A stretch of 62,801 nucleotides of DNA, counting the filler, from Sphacelaria rigidula (lineage: Eukaryota): assembly GCA_964200075.2 (NCBI GenBank). It is 11 parts of 11 records of this genome, joined end to end, with 100 filler letters (N's around TTAATTAATTAA, not from the genome) between each part and the next. Parts side by side here need not be neighbours in the genome. Positions count along the whole stretch, not along the records: positions 1 to 5,619 come from CAXNAA020025800.1; positions 5,720 to 11,338 come from CAXNAA020025801.1; 9 more parts are not named here. One strand, written 5' to 3'. The translations under genes and the position numbers were made by a program. Below are positions 1 to 11,245 of this stretch, in pieces. Position 1 is the stretch's first letter. Each line of letters opens with the position of its first letter. A model generated the notes under the pieces. The model was not told where the DNA came from. It ran no database searches and saw nothing but the letters and a program-made list of their open reading frames with translations.

Positions 1-752
1 GCAATGGCTTTTACACTGCCTCATGGGTGTCTAACCAGAGTGGGGGGGGGGGGGGTATTTTGGGCCGTTTTCTTCCACGAAAGTCTACTTACGATCGTCG
101 TTGATGGCAGCAACGGTAGTTCGAACGCGCTTTCTTCCGATTCGTAACGCTCATTCATACTGTTTGACATCGCTTTTACCCGAATACAAGCGCACCGCGA
201 GTGTGTTGGGTCGTCTGACGCACCTATGAGCCCATTTTTTTGTGGAATCGACCCCCCCCCCCCCTTTCGTAGCACGACTCAAGTGTGGATCCGCGCCTCT
301 TTTTTCGACACTGTACACCACCTACTGCATACGCCGGCTATTGGTGACAGCCTCTGGGCTATTCAGTCACGACACCCTCGCGCCGTTCGTGATCGCATTT
401 GGGCTATTCATTATATTGTGCACCCCTGCTCTCCCATGACAAAAACAGGAAGATCTTGAGCGCATCATTTTCCCAGCGCACCGACTGCAACCTGCCTCTC
501 TTCTGAATTTAATCTCCCGCACGCTATTTACGCCCCCCCCGTCCCATCTCGTCCACCTCGTGAATGCGCCATCGGACAGGGTGATGGGCCACGGTTACAT
601 TCGCCTCGCTCTCGGCGTCTGGCTGGCGCCCATGGCTCGCAACTTCGTTGTCAAGCCTGCCAAGGTACGCGAATACGCATTGCCAACAAATATTGTGTGT
701 GGCTGGAACCATCTACAACAGGATGATGCCGTACCCTCCCCCCCCCCCCCCG

Positions 753-1070
753 TACGCAGTGTTCGCATGGTGAGACACCCATGAGGCAGTGTGTGAGCTG
801 TAGCTGTCTCTAGAAGTGGCGATACCAGAAAATGAAGCAAATCATTCAAGGCTGTCGCCCATATGCAAGGTAATCGGTACGCTTCAGGCTGAACAATCTC
901 AGCAGGATGCTCACTCTTCTGCGACCCGCCGAACACACCACGGCGCTCCGCGCTTGGTGGTTGATTGCGAGCCCTGTCCGGCAAAGACCCGGCGTGCTCC
1001 GTCCCGGCTTTGTAGAGATGTGAGGTCAATAATACTATGAGTTTGGCATGCAAGGTCATGAGTACACCCC
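753..1070 (+). mobile_element. 5'-truncated copy of ~540-bp dispersed repeat ending ...CATGAGTACACCCCC (family 'polyC-L')
   Basis: Aligns by eye to 26250-26580 and 53880-54230; flanked by C-tracts on both sides. Confidence 0.8.
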
Positions 1071-2299
1071 CCACCCCCACCCCTCTCCCCCTGTGATAAA
1101 CTTCACGATTCTAGTAATAACACCAGCGCTTGTGTCATCGGGCATCTGTCGCCGAGATCCTTCAAAATACAAGATAAGTTCTTGACAGTGGAGGCGTATA
1201 TGTTTCGGAAGACAATCGAGGGTGAGCATACTCACCACCTGGGCTTGCTGTCCTTCGCAAAGCAAGATACAGGACCTGCAAGACCGAATGTCCTAGGCTT
1301 TTTTTCACTATGCCGCGTGTTGGCACGAAGCACAACAAATCTCAACATGAGTGCACGTATCCAAAGATGCCGGACCTGGTTGAAACCGTATTTTGACGAA
1401 ACTCCCTGTTTATGAGCCCGGATGGACCCGCTTTCAGATGAACCCGCCTCTTTGCCGCGGGTCTCTCCAGCATCGACTCTTGGCTGCTGCTTGTCGGCTC
1501 AGTGTAAGACGTTCGATTTCCCGAAAGTCGGTTGCAGATTTTTTTTTGCGGTATTATGTAAAGATCATTTTTTTAGTTTTGCTGTCTGATGAAGATTGTA
1601 CTGGGTGCAATATCGGTTGGACCTGCAGGCTGTAGCGGATCATGTCGGCCTCATAATCAATCTCCGTCCAGTTAGGGATGAATGCCCGCAGAAACCCAGC
1701 AAACAAGCATCATTTAGTCTCCGTTATATATCTGAGGGTTGGGGACTGAACGTTCCCGGTCCACGTCGCTCGACATGTGAAGATTAACCTTCTGTCGCAC
1801 GACCACTGCGTTTTACCACAGACCCTTGCCGGCGTACCCGGCAAAAGGGCAGTGCTAGAGTATCCAAAGTGCTGACAGTCTGGCAGCCGGCAAGGTAATT
1901 GTAGTGGTGTTCCTCTAGCGATATCAACTTGCGGTGCTCTGGGGGGGAGTTTGCACGTGAATGTTTTGGCGATTGCCCCACTTGGACTTCGCCCGTATGT
2001 TGCGATTTTTTTCACGACCTCTCTGCGTCAGCCTATATGTGGAGATGTACCACACCCTGCACGAAATATTTCTACAGCCAGTACGTATACGATGTTAAAA
2101 GTGTACTGCGCACAGTATAGAGCCTATTGCCTACTGCAATTTGCGTAGTGCCCCTGCTTGTAGTCGGTAACTGCACGCAGTACACTTTGAGAGTGTAGAA
2201 ATCTCCACGGTGTGGAATGTTACAGGCGGCTTTCGCGCCATAGCGACTGTCTCACCATACGGCTTCGCCCAAGACACAGGCAATCATTACAGCGGCGGA

Positions 2300-2390
2300 G
2301 GCGGTCTTTCACTTCTGCGTGCGCCTCCTAGGGCAAACGCACTCTTTGCTGCAACACGGACAGCTGTACAAAACGTGGAGTAGCGACGTA
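2300..2390 (+). repeat. Dispersed repeat fragment, also at 45750-45840
   Basis: Shared CTTTCACT(T/C)CTGCGTGCGCCTCCT(A/G)GGGCAAACGCAC...GCTGCAACACGGACAGCT. Confidence 0.7.
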
Positions 2391-2510
2391 GCTCGTCACG
2401 AGGGATGATGTCCCACGTACACCTTGGCCGCAGGCAGTACAAGCGTCTGCAGTCATGTTGTGAAGAATTGCATAAGGCAGCGGGGAATCAATGCAGCACA
2501 GGGATGAACC

Positions 2511-2868
2511 GGTCGACCCGGTGGCTCAGATGGTAACCTTGAAACCTTCTGACGGTTGGGTCGTGGGTTCAAATCTCGGAGTGATCTGGGATTTTTTCTC
2601 ATGCCCAACAGTGGAGAGCGACTATGTCGTGGGTACACAAAATTCGACTCAATGGTCGACGAGAGAAATGGACTGCTGAACCCCTCTCGCGATAAAAAAT
2701 AAAAAGGCAAGCACCGCAGAAAAAAGGTGGGGTACCAAAAACATGTAAAACATAAAAAGCTCCTGTGTTGACCTCCCTCCTGTGTGACCCCGGCTGGTGC
2801 ACCCACGTATACCGAAAGTTGTAGACCGGCGTCCAGAATAGATGGGACGGCAACACACAAGACACACA
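2511..2868 (+). mobile_element. tRNA-derived SINE, near full length
   Basis: Head with A-box-like GTGGCTCAGATGG and B-box-like GGTTCAAATC; conserved body; (ACA/CAC)-rich tail; four further copies in the window. Confidence 0.85.
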
Positions 2869-3527
2869 TGAACATTTTCATCATTCCATATCTTCATCGA
2901 TCCTATAGTAACTACAGCATCTTAAGCGCCTACGTGCAGGAGGTGCGGGTGTGACCTGCACGCCAAATCCGAGCAGAGTTATGGGAAAGGGGAAGTACTT
3001 GCACAGCATCCGTGCAAAAGCACATGAGAAAATGAGTTTTTCCCCCCACCACCGTCAAGCCTGGACTTCGTATACGCGTCAAAATATCCCGACCACCATC
3101 TACAATCACACGTTATATCTGGACTCTCACACTGTTGCTGTGGCCGGTATCTCGAGAGAGGCACCACCAGGAGGTAGATGCACAAGCGACAATACAGCAA
3201 GGGACTGCGGGGTTGCCACAGACAGATGTTGGTCTACTTTCACGAGTTGGCTTGCAACACAGTCCGAGCCACAAGCTGACTACACACGGTACACGTGTTG
3301 GGGTCATAGCGAACTGTACACGGAGTGCGCTGACGTCGATTTCAATGTATACATGGGCGGATAATATGGACCCATGTTCGCGACAACAGCATCTCATCGA
3401 CCGCAAACAACAGCACAGCGCTCCAGTCTTCTCCACCATCGCTCGTCTTCCGTCTGTGTCGGCCGATTTGAGGAGTCGTTGACACGATGTACTTGTGCCA
3501 TGTTCAACTGTTCTCAATATCATATCA

Positions 3528-3965
3528 GATCGCTCCAGTGGCTCAGTTGGTAACCTCGAGACCTTCTGACGGTTGGAAACTGGGTTCGCATCTCGGTCAA
3601 GTTACAGGGTGTGATTTTGTTTTTCTCACACATGATGCCCAACAGGGGAGAGCGACTACGTCATGGGTATCCAAAATCAAGTTCAACAGTGGAGAACGAG
3701 TACGTCGTGAGTATACGCAAAATTCAACTTCATGGTCGACGAGGGAAAGGGGCCGCTAAAACCTTCTCGCGATGAAGTGGAAGGCAAGCGCACCACAGAA
3801 GGAAGGTGGGGTACTAAAACATGAATAAAAATTGAAATAAACAAAACTCCTGTGTTGACTTTCCTCCTTGTGTGACCCCGGCTGTTGCGCGCACATACAC
3901 CGGGAAGAAATATAGACTGGCGTCCAGACTCCATGAGATAACAACACAACACAACACATACACGT
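3528..3965 (+). mobile_element. tRNA-derived SINE copy with internal ~46-bp tandem duplication
   Basis: GTGGCTCAGTTGGTAACCTCGAGACCTTCTGACGG head; GGTTCGCATC; TSD-like CAATATCATA (3515-3524) / CAATATCTTA (3974-3983). Confidence 0.85.
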
Positions 3966-5619
3966 GTCACGTACAATATCTTACAACCTGTCTACTATAA
4001 TGGTAAGCGAATACCATGGGTCTGAAGATGGAGGGAGACGGCAACCAAACAGCGCACGCCTTACGCGTTCCGCAGAACTTTCAGACAGGCCTCATTGCCA
4101 GCTAGGGATTATTCAATGTTCGTGCGTGCCCTGCTCGCCTGAAAGCTCCGTCGCAAACTACCGATCGTTTCACCGATACCTCGGCTGAGCCCATCTACCG
4201 CGATGCACAACCCTACTTGCTGTCGTCTTTTCCCTCCAGCTGAACACAAGGCAAGAATACCACGGCGCTTCGTCGCAGGATACGTCGGCAGCAAGTGATT
4301 CAGGTCGACGAATGGAGTACGCCCTACCCCGCCTTGTACATCAATACACCCCCATCTCGTGATGTGGACGACAAACGAGGCACTGCAACACAGGCCGCCG
4401 ACACGGCCAAACAGGTAGCCGCCGAATCATCCCAACAACTCGAACGACCCACCAAAACGATGAACGACACGCATGACTTTGCTTGCATTACTGGACGAGA
4501 CGGCCACTGACTTTCGGTGGCTCTCCTTCATCTGCAAGCAGACATCGAACAGAGAGACCGGCAGATTATCGCACATTACCACAGCTGTATCCTTCGAGGG
4601 GGTACTTCATGCGATCATCGATCAATCAATCAACATGTACACATCCGCTATGGATCCAGTCCCGGTCACGAAGACAGACGCACCCGACGTGAATACACGT
4701 AAGCACTCCCTCCAGGAAAATCCAGGAGCATTACCTCTAGGAAAGCTCAGAAGGAGACGAAAAAATAATCAACTGTGTCTAGCAGCGACTCCTGTTCGCC
4801 GTTGGAAGGTGACGCGCCGCTTCATGTCAGAAGTTAGTTGCTGAGATTCAGACATGGGCCTTCAAGGATCAGTACGCAGAACATATTCGAAGCAGCGCAG
4901 GAAACGAAAAAACAGAAAGTCAGAGCAATGTAAAACTTCAGCACAACGACGATAGTGCCATAAATCTATGAACAAAACAAAGTTCCTGTTACTGCTTCGA
5001 GCGCAACTCGAAAGCATACGAGAGGAAAATCCCTGTGGAAGGTCGGCTCGAAATTCCTCGAGATTGGGCTGTGCGAGCAATTTTTCGTACTACACTGCGC
5101 CGATGCGCCCCGGTAATCTACGTGATACAGGAGATTTCAATTCCGACGTCACGACTTCAAATCGTTCATTATGGAGTACATTTTCCTTTGGTCTTATTTT
5201 TATTATAGGTAGACCATGCATAACCACGTTGGTCTACAGTTCGCAGCGACAAACTTACTACATTAGGTTGACTCGGGACACTGATTAAAGCTAATAAAAG
5301 TTGTCGTGTATCCGGGATATCAACACTCTACGGCCGGCCAAGCTCGTGGGAACCGAGAGATGAAACAAATGAAGCAAACCGACTAGGTGCCACGTTATAC
5401 AATAGTTCCGCTTCATACGATGAAACGCCCAACAACATTCTGCCGGGGCTTCAGCGGATGAGACCGTACAAATAACAATGCCGTAAATACAGGTGTACCC
5501 TGTCCGTACATCACAAAACACTGCATACGCGAGATTCAGGGAAGAAACAAACCACGACGCACATTGCACGAAAACAAAAGCAGTCTCTGCACACATAATC
5601 GCGTTCTTCGCAGGTGTGC

Positions 5620-5719
5620 NNNNNNNNNNNNNNNNNNNNNNNNNNNNNNNNNNNNNNNNNNNNTTAATTAATTAANNNNNNNNNNNNNNNNNNNNNNNNN
5701 NNNNNNNNNNNNNNNNNNN
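5620..5719. other. Artificial contig spacer (44 N + TTAATTAATTAA + 44 N); identical spacers start at 11339, 17058, 22776, 28494, 34212, 39930, 45648, 51366, 57084
   Basis: Ten identical 100-bp linkers with stops in all six frames, spaced 5718-5719 bp apart. Confidence 0.99.
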
Positions 5720-5826
5720 GTGCGAGCCTGGTCCGGCGAAAACCCGGAGTGCTCCGTCCCGGCTGTGTAAGGATGCGAGGTCAATGGTCTTATGACTATG
5801 GCATGCATGATCATGAGTACACCCCT
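5720..5826 (+). mobile_element. 3' part of polyC-L repeat
   Basis: GCCTGGTCCGGCGAAAACCCGG...GATCATGAGTACACCCC matches other copies. Confidence 0.8.
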
Positions 5827-5832
5827 TCCCCC

Positions 5833-5897
5833 CCGTCTCGAAAGGGATGCGTGGTCAATGGTCAAACGACTAAGGCAAGCAACAAATGAGTACGACC
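5833..5897 (+). repeat. ~65-bp dispersed repeat CCGTCTCGAAAGGGATGCG...AAATGAGTACG (family 'polyC-S')
   Basis: Copies at 25080-25146 (+), 39866-39929 (-), 40030-40076 (-), 54270-54335 (-). Confidence 0.85.
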
Positions 5898-6189
5898 CTA
5901 CCCCCTCCAGTGTCAAATGACGCAGACAAGCCACAAATGTGTACACCAGTCCCCCAAAAGGTACCTTGTGTGACACGAAAACTTAATCATACTGGAATTT
6001 GTTGGAAACGGTGCTCCCTCTAAGGTATCTTTCAGTAGCCCAACAAGCACGAGAAGTTGTCTCGTCAACCTCCGGGGCACGTACACTCTCCTACATAGCA
6101 CCTTCGAAGGCAGACACAGACAGTACAGAAAGCTTCAAGAGGTATACCATAATATGTCGTGCCTTAGGAAGGTAGTACTTGTTGGAAAT

Positions 6190-6968
6190 TAAATTGAACT
6201 CGTCCAGCGTCGTTTTTATTTTGACTTTAATCATCAGTTAGTCCTTCGATGACTATATCTGTTAACCGTTCATCGCTGACGCTCTCATTAATATTACTTA
6301 ATTTGTCTCTGATTTGATAAAAATTCGAGAGGAATACATCTGGGTCCTCACCCTGCGACATAGTTAAATTGTCCCACTGTCTCATCAGAATTCGACGTTT
6401 TTGTTTGGACGAATTCTGGTACTTTGCTATCAAGCCGTCCCAAGCTCTCTTACCTCCAGGTCTATCGGCTCCCTGTGGTTCGAACCTCAGCAAAAACTGT
6501 TCGCAGGTCCGGTTGTAGCCAGGTACAATATATGAAACAGCACTTGATTATTGCGATCGAAATCAGCTACTTCCTGTGCGTTACTGACTACTCTCACTCG
6601 GATGTCAGTACTGTCTATTCCAATTGCGGAATATCCTGACTTGATGAGACAGCTACGCTTACGGTCGACGTCTCCTCTAAAGACGTTTCTGTTCCTGCTC
6701 CCGTTGGAAGGCTTCTAGAACGTGTAGCTACAGGGCTTACTCTCGAAGTACTTCCAGCACTGAGCTGTGGAATTCCTACATCCTGTTGCTGCCTAAGCTC
6801 ATAAATTTCTTTGGGACGATTTCTGCCGGTAATAGTTTCCAAAATTCCCGGATTTGTAAGTGCAACTACTGCCCGAACGGACCGTTTCCACTCGAGGAAA
6901 TTTGTCGCGATAAACTTACTGAGACTCTCTATGACTTCAGTAACGGATGGCTCTCCAGATAAATTCAT
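6190..6968 (-). pseudogene. Ty1/copia gag (UBN2/Retrotran_gag_2-like), disrupted
   Basis: ORF pieces NFLEWKRSVRAVVA and KRAWDGLIAKYQNSSKQKRRILMRQWDNLTMSQGEDPDVFLSNFYQIRDKL...LTDIVIEGL; located just 3' of LTR and PBS. Confidence 0.8.
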
Positions 6969-7255
6969 CCGTTACAATCTGTGTTACTTCTATTCACACC
7001 TCAATGTTTCTTCACCTCAGAGTTCTTTTTCGTTATCGCGACGGAACTATACTATCCACACCTCAATTTTCTCTTGATGCCCTCGCTGATTGGCGGGACA
7101 ATCAAGCTCCTTCCCTGCTGCAGTTTGACGTCCTCGATGGGGCGTCTTGGCTGCTGGTGTCGAAGACTACGGTACTATACTGTAGTCATACGATAAAAAC
7201 CTGTTGACGTGTTGAGGCTCTAAGCTGTTTAACACCTGTAAACGTGGCTCATGAC

Positions 7256-7268
7256 GAGGCTCATATCC
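7256..7268 (-). promoter_or_regulatory. Copia primer-binding site (GGATATGAGCC, variant of GGTTATG(G/A)GCCC, half-tRNA-iMet type)
   Basis: Immediately follows LTR 3' end CCTTTCAACA on the minus strand. Confidence 0.65.
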
Positions 7269-7859
7269 TGTTGAAAGGATGGCTGTGTCTTGCGTATAAC
7301 ACACAACGTTCGACTGTCAATACGACAGGAACACGGTTCACCACGTGAACCCAGCTCCGACAAGAGAGCTCGCAGAGGCCGCACAGTGTTGTCAAACACT
7401 TGCTAGTGCAATCGAAGAACATAAGATGTTTCAAGGTTGGCGCTTTATCCAGCCGAACAAACACAATAAAATACTTGGTTCCTTATTAACGCAGAAACTA
7501 ATAACAAGGTGATAGGCTTGATTGAGTGGAGGAAAATGGAGTGTGACCACGAGGTGGCATCTAAAAAAACTTTGCTATCCTAAAAAAATCTTTCGTACTA
7601 TAAACTGTACGACCTGAACTCTATGACCATGCACTCTGCATCCATAAATGCTTGATACTATAGACTCCTCGGCTCAAGCTCTTCACTATTTTGACATAAA
7701 CAGTTCGACCTATCAATTCATCAATCCCGCGTAACCCTACGATCAAAATCCGTTCGTACTGTATGAACTACGTTCTACGTATGTTGATGTTCATGCTGAA
7801 CCGTGTCTCAATCTACCGCTAAAGTTGTATGCATCTACGAAATAGATTTCTTTCCAACA
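7269..7859 (-). mobile_element. Copia LTR, 591 bp
   Basis: Minus strand TGTTGGAAAG...CCTTTCAACA (short terminal IRs), preceded by PPT AGGGGGGG and followed by PBS. Confidence 0.75.
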
Positions 7860-7867
7860 CCCCCCCT
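7860..7867 (-). promoter_or_regulatory. Polypurine tract
   Basis: AGGGGGGG directly before TGTTGG on the minus strand, downstream of RNase H. Confidence 0.7.
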
Positions 7868-8589
7868 GAAAACTATTTTTATATCTTGATTAAAAAATAG
7901 ACATGACCGTACAGGAAACATAAGCAAACAGATGATAAAACTCTTGCGCATTAAAAAAAGTTAAATAAACTTCCCCGTAGATATCCACTCAAGTATACTA
8001 GTTACCACAAAGTTGCTACATTTGCCACGAAGCTACCACATTCGGGTCCCTATGATATATGCTTGAACGAAATATAGGTTGAGTGTTTAATCTTGTTGCA
8101 TTGACCCTTGACACTGTAGCCCCATGAATCCTTTTCAGTAAAATAAAATCAAAGTCATCGGCATTTTCCTTGTACCATGCCTTACATAAAAATAAGTGTC
8201 TTTGGATCTAGAACGAAAAGTAAATCTCTATTTTTATGAAGTGCTGGAAGACTCACAAGAAAGGGAAAAAATGTAGGGTAAATACTAGTATCCATGAATC
8301 CTAGCATTTTCAGATCATGTGCCATTTGCCTCCTTCCGAATACTGACTGCCCAGGTACCAAAATCTCCTCCACTACATTTCTTCTTTCTCCCTAAATACT
8401 TCTACTAGCTCCGTGTGACGTAGTTTCTTGCGTGGTGACGATGTGAGCGCCAGCGGTGACCAGAACGTCTCGTGGTGTTGCAGATGTTGCTGTCGTCGTT
8501 GCCGATGCGTCCATCCATTTTTCTTGATTTGCGATGTTGGAAGCGATGCTGATCTCTTCTCCTCGTCTGTATTTGCTCCACTTGAATAA

Positions 8590-10271
8590 TTATTTTCCAA
8601 AGTCCTCCACCTGTTGCAAGAGTCTGTGGTATACTATTTTCTCGCAATACTTTGTGAGGATGCCAGGAAGTTGATTTTCTGACTTCATATGATTGATTAT
8701 TGTTTGATCGTTTCTTATCATATCTTTGAGATTTAGAAAGTTTATAGCTAGATGTTTGCTACTTGTGCTATAGTTACAATTTGATGATAAATTTAGTGCC
8801 CCTTGAGTATCTGAGAGAATAGTGGGTGTTGTCATCAATGACCAGCCAAGTTCACGTAGGAGATTCAGTAAATACAATCCAATTTTTCCACATCTGGCGA
8901 AAGCTATCAGTTCTGCTTCAGTAGTTAAAGAAGCCGTAATTTTTTGCAGACTTGAAAAGTAAACTAATCCTTAGCTATAAAGAACATAGTCTCTGTGGTT
9001 GATATCATTCTACCTTGTGAACCTGAGTTACCGTATGGAGAATCACAATATCCTCGTAGATTCAAGTTATTCTTCGAGAAGTGGTACGTGATAGGTAGAT
9101 CCGGTATCCCTCTCAAGTACCGAAATACACGTTTCACTGCAACTAAATGATGGGTACGTGGTTTACTCATATGGCGAGCTGCCTGAGTAACACTAAAAGC
9201 TATGTCGAATCTGGTGCATTGCGCTAAAAAACTCAAACTACCTACCATTGCTTGATATTGTTTCGTCTGTTCTTGGTCTAAAATATTTACTTCTGTTTCT
9301 TCTCTATATTGATTTGCTATCCCTGGTGCATGTACGGTGTTGCAGGAGTCCATTTTGAACTTTTGTAGCAAATTTAGTACATATCTATTCTGTGAAATAT
9401 CCAGAAACCCTCTTTAAGAATCTCTGATGATCTCCATACCCATAATAAGTGAAACAGGTCCTAACTCTGATATTGAAATTTTGTTTTGAGAGTGTCTTGT
9501 ACACTTTGTAAGGTTTCGATGGATGTTCTTGTAACTAGGATGTCATCAACGAACAAAGCGATTATGACACAATGTTCTTGTTGTCCTCTTGTATAAGCAC
9601 ACCGATTACCTGCAGTGGCTTTGAAACCCATGTTCTGTAGTTCAGTGTCAATTGTAAAATTCCACACATGAGAACTTTGGCGTAGTCCGTATAAAGCATA
9701 CCTAAGACGCATCACATGTGGTTTACCAGTATCTGGTTCTGATGTTTCGAGTCCAGGTGCCTGTTTACAGAACACAGTTTCGTTCAATCTGCCGTTTAGA
9801 AATGCGGTCGCATATCTAGAGCTATTATTATGGGCCAATTTCTAGCTGTAGCTATTGCTAATAAAATCCTCTGACTCTCCAGTCTACATACAGGCGCGAA
9901 GGCACTTCGACAGTCAAACCCATGTTTCTGTGTCCAACCTCGGAGAACTAAACGAGCCTTGAATCTTTCATCTGCTTTAACTTTGTACACCCATCGCGTA
10001 CCAATTATGTTGTTGTTTGGAGTTACCAAACTGCTGGAATAGTATCTGCCACGTTGTGGCCCGATATGCTTTGTAGTTCGTTTCGCGTGGCAGCTTTCCA
10101 TTTTGTTGAAAATGACGAAGATAACTCCTGTTTATAGGTATTTGGAACTGGGATGGATGCAGGTGGTACTACATCTTCAATACCGATTACTCCTATATAT
10201 TGGGTAACACTATCGAGAATTCTATTCGAGTGTTGATAATATTCAACAGAGTTGATGGGAAGTTTGTTCAA
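8590..10271 (-). pseudogene. Ty1/copia pol: reverse transcriptase (RVT_2) and RNase H, frameshifted
   Basis: Motifs IGTRWVYKVK..FKARLV, AFLNG, ALYGLRQSSHVWN, LFVDDILV, YQAMVGSL..LAQCTRFDIAFSV, LRGYCDS, SKHLAINF spread over several frames. Confidence 0.95.
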
Positions 10272-10385
10272 TTCTCTGGCTTGGCGCTTATTTACTTATT
10301 GAGATGTATCATGATCTGGGCTACCCGCAGAACAAAGTCGCATCGGTATAGCTTGCTCAGTAGATGAATGCTCTAGTTGAGTAAT

Positions 10386-11245
10386 AACAGTGGATCCTAG
10401 AAAATAGGGTTCATACGAAAAATGAGGTTGAAGTGGCATTTCTCTTTTGCAGGGAAGATCCGAAACACTTGCGACTGAGCGAAGCCATCTTCCCCCCCCC
10501 AAATGTCCGCCGCAGTTAAGCAGCTGTGGCTAGGTGCACCTAACGAATGCGGTGTACACGCGTGTCGATGACGATTTCACCAGAGGGAGAAGCAACGACA
10601 GAGAGGAAGCTCGCTTGAATTGTGTGGATGCAGTTAATATAAATCAAACTCTCTAGCTTTCACAGATGTTGCGACTTCCGTGCAGTTTGTTACCGTTACC
10701 ACCTCTGAGCAGACGGGAGCACGCGCGGTAGAGCAACGAAAGGTAGCTATGACCTGGTTTGCCTGCCGTCCTGCCGACAGCGTTGCGTGAAAGCCACAAG
10801 ACCCTTGCTGTCGGCGGTTGATGGCGTGGGTCTCGAATGAAACGACATGCGGCTAATCGTAGAGCACTCTCGTCTCTCCTCCCTACTTGTGATAATCCAT
10901 GACCTCCTGACATCGGAATAATTATTACTTATGGGAAGCTACTCGTGCTGTCCCAAGCTGTCCACGCGACCAGCGTGTGCTGCAGATTGCCTATGCGCCA
11001 CGCTAGTAACAGTTAGGTCACCACCATAGGTATCTTTTTTCACTCCGCATGTCAAAAAGGTCTCTACAAGTGTTTGATCTTTCATATATCCCCCTCAACT
11101 GGCGTATGGCACGCCCTTCTGCTCGGGCACCCGGCTTGGGGAGGTCGGCGAAAATCAACAATGAATAACACCCCCTAAGTTCAAATTGGATCTATCTGTT
11201 ATTGCCGCAGCACCGCCCTTGCTGGCATGTGTGTGACAGAGAACA
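10386..11245 (+). mobile_element. Non-autonomous long-TIR DNA element (AACAG... end) interrupting the copia pol
   Basis: 10386-10615 is the reverse complement of 48843-49078; 11000-11245 matches 48337-48590; further termini at 11248-11338 and 11480-11520. Confidence 0.7.

Noticed and set aside
2511..2586. tRNA gene
   Set aside because: Cloverleaf is degenerate and always attached to the same ~280-bp body, so it is a SINE head.
5664..5675. Regularly spaced TTAATTAATTAA palindromes
   Set aside because: Artificial linker embedded in Ns; ORFs ending in XXXLIN are artefacts.
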